DNA of 63,743 bases, filler included, from Octopus bimaculoides (Eukaryota), in NCBI RefSeq assembly GCF_001194135.2. It is 6 parts of 6 records of this genome, joined end to end, with 100 filler letters (N's around TTAATTAATTAA, not from the genome) between each part and the next. Parts side by side here need not be neighbours in the genome. Positions count along the whole stretch, not along the records: positions 32,965 to 53,811 come from NC_069009.1; 5 more parts are not named here. One strand, given 5' to 3'. The notes below the pieces were generated by a model. It saw nothing but the letters and a program-made list of their open reading frames with translations, did no database searches and was not told the origin of the DNA. Positions 38,216 through 49,030 of the stretch are shown here, in pieces; position 1 is the stretch's first letter, and every line of letters starts with the position of its first letter. A program made the translations under genes and the position numbers.

Positions 38216-38263
38216 AAAGACAGTCTTGTTTTTCATGCTACAGGACTTAGGATAAAAGCCATG

Positions 38264-38607
38264 GGATTTATTTTAAAACGGGGGCCACATTTTTCATTAA
38301 TGTTTTACGTAGTGTTTTTGGTACGGAAAGACTTTCAAACTTCGTATACTTATCTATTTTGTGTTATAGAACAGAAAAATATTTTTGTATTCGAATTTAT
38401 TTCATGTAAAAAATTGTCTTATTTCGATAATTTCAACCAATCGCTGACAAGTATTCAGTTGTTTACATTTACTCCTTTGGCTGATTAAGCGATGTAAAGC
38501 GTATTTAATCTCCATACCTTCGTTTTATTTGCTTTTTTCATTTTAAATTTGCTTTAACCCTAACCCTAACCGTAGGGTTAGGGTTAGGGTTAGGATTAAT
38601 TGTTTCN
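38264..38607 (-). mobile_element. Right half of a telomere-hairpin MITE (left half at 53542-53811)
   Basis: GGAT.. terminus and 30-bp block TTTTAAAACGGGGGCCACATTTTTCATTAA shared with 53549; central (CCCTAA)n-(TTAGGG)n; flank CATGGCTT on minus. Confidence 0.7.
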
Positions 38608-39391
38608 NNNNNNNNNNNNNNNNNNNNNNNNNNNNNNNNNNNNNNNNNNNNNNNNNNNNNNNNNNNNNNNNNNNNNNNNNNNNNNNNNNNNNNNNNNNNN
38701 NNNNNNNNNNNNNNNNNNNNNNNNNNNNNNNNNNNNNNNNNNNNNNNNNNNNNNNNNNNNNNNNNNNNNNNNNNNNNNNNNNNNNNNNNNNNNNNNNNNN
38801 NNNNNNNNNNNNNNNNNNNNNNNNNNNNNNNNNNNNNNNNNNNNNNNNNNNNNNNNNNNNNNNNNNNNNNNNNNNNNNNNNNNNNNNNNNNNNNNNNNNN
38901 NNNNNNNNNNNNNNNNNNNNNNNNNNNNNNNNNNNNNNNNNNNNNNNNNNNNNNNNNNNNNNNNNNNNNNNNNNNNNNNNNNNNNNNNNNNNNNNNNNNN
39001 NNNNNNNNNNNNNNNNNNNNNNNNNNNNNNNNNNNNNNNNNNNNNNNNNNNNNNNNNNNNNNNNNNNNNNNNNNNNNNNNNNNNNNNNNNNNNNNNNNNN
39101 NNNNNNNNNNNNNNNNNNNNNNNNNNNNNNNNNNNNNNNNNNNNNNNNNNNNNNNNNNNNNNNNNNNNNNNNNNNNNNNNNNNNNNNNNNNNNNNNNNNN
39201 NNNNNNNNNNNNNNNNNNNNNNNNNNNNNNNNNNNNNNNNNNNNNNNNNNNNNNNNNNNNNNNNNNNNNNNNNNNNNNNNNNNNNNNNNNNNNNNNNNNN
39301 NNNNNNNNNNNNNNNNNNNNNNNNNNNNNNNNNNNNNNNNNNNNNNNNNNNNNNNNNNNCTTTGTCTCTTCCTGTTTTTTAAAATTTTTAT

Positions 39392-39545
39392 GTTCAGACC
39401 TGAGACTACCCAAACAGACACTCTACATTGTTGTACATCTCGATTTCATCATGGTCAACTTCGATATCGTTCAGACCTGAGACGACCCAAACAGACACTC
39501 TACATTGTTGTACATCTCGATTTCATCATGGTCAACTTCGATATC
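39392..39545. repeat. 77-bp tandem duplication (1 mismatch)
   Basis: Units at 39392-39468 and 39469-39545, inside a segment homologous (inverted) to 52136-52293. Confidence 0.9.
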
Positions 39546-40142
39546 ATCTCTAAGATCTAACGTGTTTTTGTATGACCATACATTGACATCAGGGATCACC
39601 TGCAACAAAATTATAAATGAATGTAAACAGTTTTTCTCTATTAATTTATAAAAGGATACATAGAGGGGACAAACAGGGACAAAGAACATATAAGGTCAGA
39701 CGTACTCAAATGAATTTAAACAGGGACTGGGATTGCTGTTTGTTGTAAGAAACTTGCCTCCCGTTTAAAGACTTCGGTCGTGTTATTTTCTGTGCTGTGA
39801 GTTACCGTTTTTTATTGTTGAAACTGTTATTTATTGTAAACTGTTGTTGAAAATTTTGGCGGAGACGGACTATATGTAATCTGANNNNNNNNNNNNNNNN
39901 NNNNNNNNNNNNNNNNNNNNNNNNNNNNNNNNNNNNNNNNNNNNNNNNNNNNNNNNNNNNNNNNNNNNNNNNNNNNNNNNNNNNATCTCCATAGCCTAAA
40001 ACGTGGGATTCCGTAAAAAAAATAATAAGGGGGGAAAGTTCAGATTACATATAGTCCATCTGGACCGAGAAATTTCTCTAACCACTTGGTATTGTTTATT
40101 CGCTTGGATTCATTCACGGAGTACATTTTTATAATTTAGCCT

Positions 40143-40260
40143 TTTACTCTTTTACTTGTTTCAGTCATTTGACTGCGGCCATGCTGGAGCACCGCCTTTG
40201 TTCGAGCTAATCGACCCCAGGACTTATTCTTTGTGAGCTTAGTACTTATTCTATCGGTCG
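40143..40260 (-). mobile_element. SINE family A 3' fragment
   Basis: TTTTACTTGTTTCAGTCATTTGACTGCGGCCATGCTGGAGCACCGCC. Confidence 0.8.
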
Positions 40261-40489
40261 AAATGTCGGTGAAGATAAGAGAAAAATGCTCTCTTGAAGA
40301 GAGTGTTGCTTTGGAGGCTAATATAATCCATCTGACCCATTCAAGCATGGAAAAGTGGATGTTAAAATGATGACAATTGTTCAGTAAAGGAGCTTCTATA
40401 TAGGTTACACAAGCTGCTGGAAATAGCAGCCAAATATTTCTGAAACAATAACTAAAGGATACTGAAACCTGTAGTTATTTTTGAAGCAA

Positions 40490-40780
40490 GTGTTCTTGTG
40501 TTCATCCCCACTATATGGTATCTGGGCCAACTCAAGCCTTGTCAGCGGATTTGGTACATGGAAAGTGTATCAGGTATACAGTTATGTGTGTGTGTGTCTG
40601 CCCCACTGCTGACTCCCACCACTTGAGTATGAGTGTTAGTTTGCTTACATTGCTATGACTTAGTGGTTGGGCAGAAGATACTGATAGAATATGTACCAAG
40701 CTTAAATATACATACTGGAGTTGATTAGTTTTGACTGAACCCTTGAAAATATTCCAGCATGGCCACAGTCCACTGGGTGA
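40490..40780 (+). mobile_element. Diverged SINE family A copy
   Basis: GGATTTGGTACATGGAAA...GATAGAATATGTACC...CCAGCATGGCCACAGTC. Confidence 0.6.
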
Positions 40781-41664
40781 AACAGTAACTGACACTCTGT
40801 GTTTTAGCTTATCCAATCAGCCAAACAGCCTGCTCATGGAATTATCAAGCAAATGGCTGAGTATTCCACAGACATGGCAGACACTTATCATAGTTATTAG
40901 GGAGATTCAGTATAACACAGAATGTGACAAAACTCTTTCTTTGCCGCCTGAGTAGACTGATGCAAAGTGAAATGAAATGGCTTGGGGAAACAGTGTGCCA
41001 CTGGATATTGAAACCACAGCATTCCAATTGTGAGGCAAATATTCTAAGTGAAAGGAAAGAAAGAAAAAGGAGAAAAACAGATAAATATTTAAGAGAAATG
41101 TAAAAATGTTTCATCTTTATACAGACGTGTAAAACTTCCCATGCTTCAGTAAACTCCAACCTATTCAACCATAGTCATTAAATGGATGTCAGTGTTGGCG
41201 TTGTAATATTTGCAATGTTGAATTATCATATCGTTTAACTATCCGCTTTATCTTTCTGCTTCTTTTTTCTATTTCAGAATATCACATCCTGTTGACGTAG
41301 AAGAAATTTCTTCATTCAGATGTGCCTCTGATATTTTCATCAACTTTTATTGACTAAAGGAAGACGATATATTTATAAGAAGCATTCATCAATACATCAA
41401 CCTCTTTATATAAATATAACCTATGAGAAACAACAGGAATATATTGCTTGTGGATGATAGAATTGACTGCAACATCACTTTACAGGTTAATTAAGCTTGG
41501 ATGACTTTCCAAAGGAGTTGACAGTTGACATTGGCTGTTTTGGATATGAAGTAAGATCACAGGTGAAAGAAGAAGTAAGATCACAGGTGAAAGAAGCATA
41601 GCAGTAAATTATTCTCTGAAAATAGTGACTCAACAGCACACATTTACAGAATATATTCTTAAAA

Positions 41665-42768
41665 ATGGAAAAAAACACTATCATTTCGATATGTATAACA
41701 AATAATTCTCTCATAATGAATGAATTAACTACAGGAAAAAATACTGACACAGGAGAGCAACCATATCACTGTGATATCTGTGGTAAATCATTCTCAGAAA
41801 GAGGTGTCTTAACTAAACACCAGCGTATTCATACAGGAGAGAAGCCATATCACTGTATTATCTGTGGTAAATCATTCTCTCAAAATGGGGGCTTAACTAG
41901 ACACAAACTTATACATACAAGAGTGAAGGCATATCATTGTGATATCTGTGATGTGTCATTTTCTCGAAGTGGTCACTTAACTCGACACAGACGTACACAT
42001 ACAGGAGAGAAGCCATATCGTTGTGATATCTGTGGTAAATCATTCTCTGGTAGTGGTACCTTGACTAGTCACATACGTACACATACAGGAGAGAAGCCAT
42101 ATCATTGTGATATCTGTGGTAAATCATTCTCTGATAGTGGTACCTTGACTAGTCACATACGTACACATACAGGAGAGAAGCCATATCATTGTAATATCTG
42201 TGGTAAATCATTCTCTGAAAGTAATCATTTGACTCGTCACAAACGTACACATACAGGAGAGAAGCCATATCATTGTAATATCTGTGGTAAATCATTCTCT
42301 GAAAGTAAACTTTTGACTCGTCATAAACGTACACATACAGGAGAGAAGCCATATCATTGTAATATCTGTGGTAAATCATTCTCTGATAGTGGTACCTTGA
42401 CTAGTCACATACGTACACATACAGGAGAGAAGCCATATCTTTGCGATACCTGTGGAAAATCATTCTGTGATAGTGGTACCTTGACTAAACACAAACGTAC
42501 ACATACAGGAGAGAAGCCATATCATTGTAATATCTGTGGTAAATCTTTCTCTTATAGTAGTCATTTGACTAGACACAAACGTACACATACTGCAGAAAGA
42601 CCATATCATTGTGATATCTGTGGTAAATCATTCTCTGAAAAGAGTGTCGTGACTAAACACAAACGTATTCATACAGGAGAGAAACCATATCAGTGTGATA
42701 TCTGTGGTAAATCATTCTCTCGAAAAAGCTACTTGAGTATACATGTGAGTGTTCACTCACAAGTGTGA
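41665..42768 (+). CDS. C2H2 zinc-finger protein ZNF-3 (12 fingers)
   Basis: 367-aa ORF; the homologous start is more likely the ATG at 41716 (TTCTCTCATAATG context); ends HVSVHSQV. Confidence 0.92.
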   Translation: MEKNTIISICITNNSLIMNELTTGKNTDTGEQPYHCDICGKSFSERGVLTKHQRIHTGEKPYHCIICGKSFSQNGGLTRHKLIHTRVKAYHCDICDVSFSRSGHLTRHRRTHTGEKPYRCDICGKSFSGSGTLTSHIRTHTGEKPYHCDICGKSFSDSGTLTSHIRTHTGEKPYHCNICGKSFSESNHLTRHKRTHTGEKPYHCNICGKSFSESKLLTRHKRTHTGEKPYHCNICGKSFSDSGTLTSHIRTHTGEKPYLCDTCGKSFCDSGTLTKHKRTHTGEKPYHCNICGKSFSYSSHLTRHKRTHTAERPYHCDICGKSFSEKSVVTKHKRIHTGEKPYQCDICGKSFSRKSYLSIHVSVHSQV

Positions 42769-43211
42769 CTACCTTGTCTGCAAAAGGCAGTTTTTTTTTT
42801 TTTCCTCTTCAAATTTGACATTATCAACTTCAATTTCCTCAATGTCAACATCAACTTCATCAATATCATCCTGAATGTCGTATATCTATGGAAATATATC
42901 AACACAGCGATGACTTTGATTTCCGAAGAGAACTCTGCTAGATTTTTGAGGAATTTATTATGAAATGATTAAGAAATGGGAATAAAGAACGAAAGATTAA
43001 ATTGACATTGGCTTTGTATGTTTTGTATTTTCTTCATCATCATCACCATCATAATCATTCCAGTTTGATTTGTCTGGGTTTCTTTTGTTCTATGATCTTC
43101 CTAATGCTAATCAATTTACTATCTATATATGCATATATATATATATTTTTAGTCAGTAAATAGTGGGGTTGTGTTAACCGCACGTGGAGAAATAATAGGA
43201 AAATGAAAAAA

Positions 43212-43243
<32 letters not shown>

Positions 43244-43709
43244 AATATATACTAGACTACTTGTGACTGGTTGGGTGTTACAGGGAAAAATCTGAGTTTC
43301 CCACCAATGTAGTTTTGTTTCGTGGAATTGTCTTTTCTCTTCTCAGTTATTTCGCACGCTTTCAACGAATGGCACCTTTCCCCAGAAAAAGGAAAGATTT
43401 GGCTGCTATTTCTTGCACGCCCTGATACCACATAACAGGTATTTTGGGTCGTTTATTGCAAATAGCAGGGCGTGCTAGAAATAGCAGCCAAATCTTTGGA
43501 GTGTGACAAACGTATAATGCTATAGCCAAATGACTGAAACAAGTAAAATAGTATACGATGAGCCTGATCGCGTGCATATTTTGAAATACTCAACAGTAAA
43601 TAAAATTAACTTTCAATTCAAGTTCGAAATGCATCCATACTTAATCAACGTTATAGATTCATTATCATTCTTTGTCTTGCCTACAAGAAAGTGTGTTAAG
43701 GTAGTATTT

Positions 43710-43850
43710 TAAGTCACTATTGCCATCTATTGGAGACATAAAGAAATACAATCATACGAAGGGAAGTAACTTCTAAAATACACTTCTATTAAATTATTAA
43801 TTAGTGTATTTAATTACCGATCAGGTACTCGTTCTGTATATCCGAATACG
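43710..43850 (+). promoter_or_regulatory. Putative non-coding upstream exon of ZNF-4
   Basis: Homologous to 48610-48749 and ends at the ACG|GTAAGT donor; predicted intron 43851-45331 (TTTCAG acceptor). Confidence 0.5.
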
Positions 43851-45708
43851 GTAAGTTTACTAAGATTTACTTTAAGGCTGTAATAGTAATAATAATACTA
43901 CTACTACTAATAATGTAAATAATAGAATTATGTGAATCTCTCCATGTTAAAGTAACTATTTCGAGGCGAAAACGTAATAACATTAGAAAAACGTATTTCT
44001 TCGTCTTAAATAATATCTTGAAATCCTCTAATCGACTGTTTCTTGTGATATAAAGGAAATGAGAGTAAATTGACGTAAATAATTATTGAAATGAGAGGAA
44101 ACCGATTGAAGAATAGCACATTAATTTTATGTTGTCCAAGTGTTTATGTGGCAAACGGTAAGCTGACAAAGATTTCGTTTGAGGTTATGCTAATAATTGT
44201 AATGATGATGATGGTTTTAAATGTTGACACAGGGGCAGCAGTTGTTGAGCTGAGCGAGAATTCGATTACATAGATCCCCGCATTTCCGGAATAGGATGGA
44301 AGGTAAAGTCGACTTCGGCCGTATTTGAAGTCAGGACTGTCTGCAGAGGTCGACTTTATTAGGTTCAGTATGAATAAAATAACGGCGCACATAGTGGACA
44401 CATAACCCGACCCCTTCCCCCACTTTTTCGGCTTTGAATATTCAGATTCAGGAAAAAAAATTGGCTAAAATCGCAACTTCAAAATTTCAATTTTCCCCTC
44501 ATTTTCATTATTTTTCACTTCCTTCATAAATTGTTTCGAAAATCAAAAAAAAAAAAAAAAAAAAAATTACCTCAACTCCCCCTCCAGATTCAACGGCCTT
44601 CAAGCAGGTTATCCACATGCTAGAAATAACAGCCAAATCTCACAAAAACTTTGTTTCCTTTTAACTTTCAGAAAGTAAAATTTCCAACATGTATGCTGCG
44701 ATAAAATAATGAAAGAAATATATAATCAGTCTACTATCTACACACATATACATGCATATATATAAAAACAATAGTTCTAAATTGCTTATAATCATGTCCA
44801 CCATTGCTTTGATTGTCATCATCAACAGAATAAACATCATCATAATTTTTATCATCATTAACTCTGCAATGGTTATTTTTGTCTTGTTATATTCAGGAAC
44901 GTTTTCACAAAAAATATATAAATCATTGTCATCATACATCTATGTCTAACATCCATGTGCCTCGCAGAACTACAAATCCTGTGGGGGTGGGGTCAGCTTC
45001 ATGCCAGTGGACAAGAGAATAATCTACGAGAAGGTGGTGCAGGTTTTTGTAGAGGACCAGTGTGGTTACTAATAGCTAGTAAGGGAAAAGGGTAAAGATC
45101 CCCTTTGACTATGAGTGACCATGAGATTGCACCTAGAAAGTTCCCTCACCAAGGCACAAATGCAGGCAAATTTTTTTATGAAAGACTGGCAGTCACCCAG
45201 GCATACCATATTCTGACCCATGTAAGCATAGGCACTAAATGGATGACAGTTGATGCTGTAACATTTGCATTGTTGAATTACTATGTCATTTTTCTATACT
45301 CTTTATCTTACTGCTTTTTTTCCTGTTTCAGAATATCACATCCTGTTGACATCAGAGAAAGTTCTTCATTCAGATGTGCCTTTGATATTTTTATCAGCTT
45401 ACATCAACTAAAGGAAGACGATATATTTATAAGGAGCATTCATCAATACGTCAGCCTTTTTATACAAATATAATCTATGCCAAGTAGCAGCAAAATATTT
45501 TCTTGTCTTCACTGTCTGGAATTTAGAGGAGGTGATTGCTTTACAAGCTTGGATGACTTTATGAAGGATTTGACAGTTTTCACCTGCTCATTTAGATGAG
45601 AGAAACATAGCATGAAAATATTCCCTGAAAATAGTTTAACACAAACATATTCATAGAAATAAAAGAAACAATATCTTTGTGATATGAAAGACAAATTATT
45701 CTCTCATA

Positions 45709-47097
45709 ATGAATAATTTACTTAAATCTGAAAACCCTGATACAAGAGAGAAACTATTTTCCTGTGATGTCTGTGGAAAATCATTCTCACGAAGAAGTCA
45801 CTTGCCTATTCACAAGCGTACACATACAGGAGAGAAACCATGTCATTGTACTATCTGTGGTAAATCATTCTCTTGTAATAGTCACTTGATTAGTCACATT
45901 CGTATTCATACTGGGGAAAAACCATATCATTGTGATATATGCGATAAATCATTTACTGGAAGTAGTGCTTTAACTAGACACAAACGTATTCATACTGGTG
46001 AGAAGCCATATCATTGTGATATCTGTGGTAATTCATTCTCAAGAAGTACTCACTTGACTAGTCACAGACGAATTCATACTGGGGAAAAACCATATCTCTG
46101 TGATATCTGTGGTAAATCTTTTTCTGAAAATAGTACTTTAACTAGTCATAAACGCATTCATACAGGAGAGAAGCCATACCATTGTGATATCTGTGATAAA
46201 TCATTCACTGACAATGCTCACTTGACTAAACACAAACTGCTTCATACAGGACAGAAACCATATCACTGTGATATATGTGGTAAATCAGTCTCTGAAAGGG
46301 GTGACTTGACTAAACACCAGTGCATTCACACTGGAGAGGAACCATATCATTGTGATATCTGTGGTAAATCATTCTATGAAAATAGCAGTTTAACTATTCA
46401 CAAACGTATTCATACAGGAGAGAGGCCATATCATTGTAATATATGTGGTAAATCATTCACTGCAAACAGTCATTTGACTAAACATAAGCGCGTTCATACA
46501 GGAGAGAAACCATATAATTGTGATATCTGCGACAAATCATTCGCTGAAAGAGGTGTATTAACTAAACACCAGCGTATTCATACAGGAGAGAGGCCATATC
46601 ACTGTAATATATGTGGTGAGTCATTTTCTAATGCCAGTTACTTGAAAAGGCACAGACGTATTCATACAGGTGAGAAGCCATATCATTGTGATATCTGTGG
46701 TAAATCATTCTCTGAAAATTATAGTTTGATGAGACACAAATACATTCATAGTGGGGGAAAACCATATCATTGTGATATATGTGACAAATCATTCTCTCAG
46801 TGTAGTGACTTAACGAATCACCAACGCGTTCATACAGGTGAGAAGCCATATCATTGTGATATCTGTGGTAAATCATTCTCTTGTAATAGTCACTTGTCTA
46901 ATCATAAACGTATTCATACTGGAGAGAAACCTTATCATTGTGATATCTGTGGTAAATCATTCACAGCAAACAGTGACTTGACTAAACACAAGCGCGTTCA
47001 TACAGGAGAGAAACCATATCAGTGTGATATCTGTGGTAAATCATTCTCTCAAAAATCCCACTTAAGTACACATGTGAGTATTCACACACAAGCGTGA
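45709..47097 (+). CDS. C2H2 zinc-finger protein ZNF-4 (16 fingers)
   Basis: 462-aa ORF: 16-aa leader plus 16 fingers; ends HVSIHTQA. Confidence 0.93.
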   Translation: MNNLLKSENPDTREKLFSCDVCGKSFSRRSHLPIHKRTHTGEKPCHCTICGKSFSCNSHLISHIRIHTGEKPYHCDICDKSFTGSSALTRHKRIHTGEKPYHCDICGNSFSRSTHLTSHRRIHTGEKPYLCDICGKSFSENSTLTSHKRIHTGEKPYHCDICDKSFTDNAHLTKHKLLHTGQKPYHCDICGKSVSERGDLTKHQCIHTGEEPYHCDICGKSFYENSSLTIHKRIHTGERPYHCNICGKSFTANSHLTKHKRVHTGEKPYNCDICDKSFAERGVLTKHQRIHTGERPYHCNICGESFSNASYLKRHRRIHTGEKPYHCDICGKSFSENYSLMRHKYIHSGGKPYHCDICDKSFSQCSDLTNHQRVHTGEKPYHCDICGKSFSCNSHLSNHKRIHTGEKPYHCDICGKSFTANSDLTKHKRVHTGEKPYQCDICGKSFSQKSHLSTHVSIHTQA

Positions 47098-47494
47098 CTA
47101 TATCAGTATGATAATTTATTACAAGACAACAGGAATTACTAGTATTTTTTCAGCTAAGAGCCGGGTTTTTTATCTCTTCAAATTTCATATTATAAACTTC
47201 AATTTCATCATTGTCAGCATCAAATTCATGAATATCAACCTGAATGTCTTGTATATATAGAAATATATCAACACAACAATGCCTTTGATTTCTGAAGATG
47301 GTCATGCTGGATTTTTCAGGAATTTGTTGACAGAATAAAGAAATGCAAATAACGAATAAAAGGTTAAACTGAAATTGGCTTTGTCTATATTATGTTTTCA
47401 CCATTGTCGTCATCATCGACACCATCATCATCATCCTTTAGCGATATTTTTATTTGTATGTGAAGTGAAAAAAAAAATACCAACATACTATTGT

Positions 47495-47927
47495 TCCGGG
47501 TTATTTTTATTTATGTCTTATGGGAGCCGTACACGAGGCACAACGCAGTGTGAAATAGAAAGGGTTACTGCCATCGATGCTGTGAATAACGTCTCAGTGG
47601 ATGGGATGTCACGTCACGTGTTGGATATTCCAAGGGTAATTAGGTCTTGCGATGACGAAAGGGAGGGAGAGACCGGCCCCATCACCCGACGTACATCTGA
47701 AAGGGTACGTCGCCCTCCGACCCAACCGAATGGACGATTACGAAAGGGAGCAGAAGAGGAATTAGAGTGACACACAGAGGAAGAAAAATGACAGGAAAGG
47801 AGACGAAATGAGGTCAGGAATGGATAGGAAGCTCCACAAAAGTACAGGTTAAAGATGGCATCTTCCTTCTGGGGTCAGCGACGCGGTTTCTTCGTGCGTT
47901 GGAAACGGTCGTTGATTAGAAAATTAG
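47495..47927 (+). promoter_or_regulatory. CpG-rich promoter-like module upstream of ZNF-5
   Basis: Paralog of RC 33130-33510; GTCACGTG E-box at 47613-47620 and YY1-like AAGATGGC near 47852. Confidence 0.5.
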
Positions 47928-48564
47928 GGGACTATTCAAGAAAAGTGGTCCCAGTGCAAACACTCGCATACTCGCGCTAGCCAGTCTTGACTAGTCGATC
48001 CTACAACGACTAGCTAGCGCCAATGTGCAAAACATGTATGAGGGTTTTTTTTTAAACAAAGTAAATAATTTTTTTTTGTTGAATCTTCCCGCATCTTACT
48101 CTTACGCACCCCAACAATCAGAATATCGTCCCTGGTTTTGTAATTTTCTTAATAAGTAGAAGAACGGTCAGGTACAAAGACTAAAAACCTATTCTTATCC
48201 CATCCTCCGTTGTATTTGCACATCATAGATTCATCTATTTCTATGATGTGCCCAAGTCCACCAATTTGGTAGGGGTTACGCAAAAGATAATTACTTGTAC
48301 TGATACCACTGAACAACCAGTAGATTTTGAAAGACCGACTTTTTAATGGACTCTTTATCAAAAAAAACAGGTAGTGTATAATTTATTTACTTTGTTTAAA
48401 TAAATTATTTACTTGGTGTAAAAAAATTATTTACTTTCTTTAGAAAAAACCGTTGTATATGTTTTGCGCATGACGCGCACTCGCGCTAGGTAGTCGTAGG
48501 ATCGACTTGTCACAACTCGCTAGCGCGGATGCGCGCACCGGGACCCCTCTTCTTGAATAGGACC
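47928..48564 (-). mobile_element. Merlin (IS1595/ISXO2-like) DNA transposon, internally deleted, 9-bp TSD
   Basis: TSD GAAAATTAG at 47919-47927 and 48565-48573; TIRs GG(GA/TC)CTATTCAAGAA.AG.GGTCCC; transposase remnant 48149-48361 IGGLGHIIEIDES..CKYN.G...FLVFVPDRS. Confidence 0.9.
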
Positions 48565-49030
48565 GAAAATTAGAACACTTTGTTAAGATAATCAGGTGTG
48601 GAACAAACCAAGTCAGTATCGCCATCTAGTAAAGAATTAAAGAAATACAATCACATGAAGGGAAGTAACTTCTACAATACAGTTCTACTCAATTATTAAT
48701 TAGTGTATTTAATTACCGATCACTGAGTCGCATTTCATATCTGAACACGGTAAGTTTACAAAGACCTCCTTTAAAGCTGTTATGGTGATAATACTACTAC
48801 TAATGATTATGTAAATAATAGAATTATGTGAATCTCTCGATGTTACAGTAAGTTTTTCGAAGCAAAAACACAACATTAGGAAATATATTTCCTAGTCTTA
48901 AATAATATCTTGAAATCCTATCATCGACTGTTGCATGCGATTGGCGTAAATAATTACTAAAATGAGAGGAAACCGATTGAAGAATACCACATTAATTAAT
49001 TTATGGTGTTTATGGGGCATTGAAAGTGGG

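Noticed and set aside
38555-38600. Interstitial telomere or telomere-fusion scar
   Set aside because: Polarity is (CCCTAA)n then (TTAGGG)n, the opposite of an end-to-end fusion, and the tract lies inside a TIR element with a TSD.
42149-42379. Antisense ORFs over the finger arrays ([12 protein letters not shown] repeats; also 46628, 49863, 36933)
   Set aside because: Shadow frames of the 84-bp finger repeat.
43722-43734. CTCF-like GCCATCTA(T/G)TGG sites in the ZNF upstream modules
   Set aside because: 1-2 mismatches, not conserved in the 52.8-kb copy, and equally explained by the fossil PSIEE codons.
47495-47927. Solo LTR interpretation (starts with TG; paralog at 33 kb)
   Set aside because: Homology continues into the ZNF upstream-exon module in both copies, and no CA end, TSD or PBS was found. 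A promoter module fits better, though an LTR origin is not excluded.
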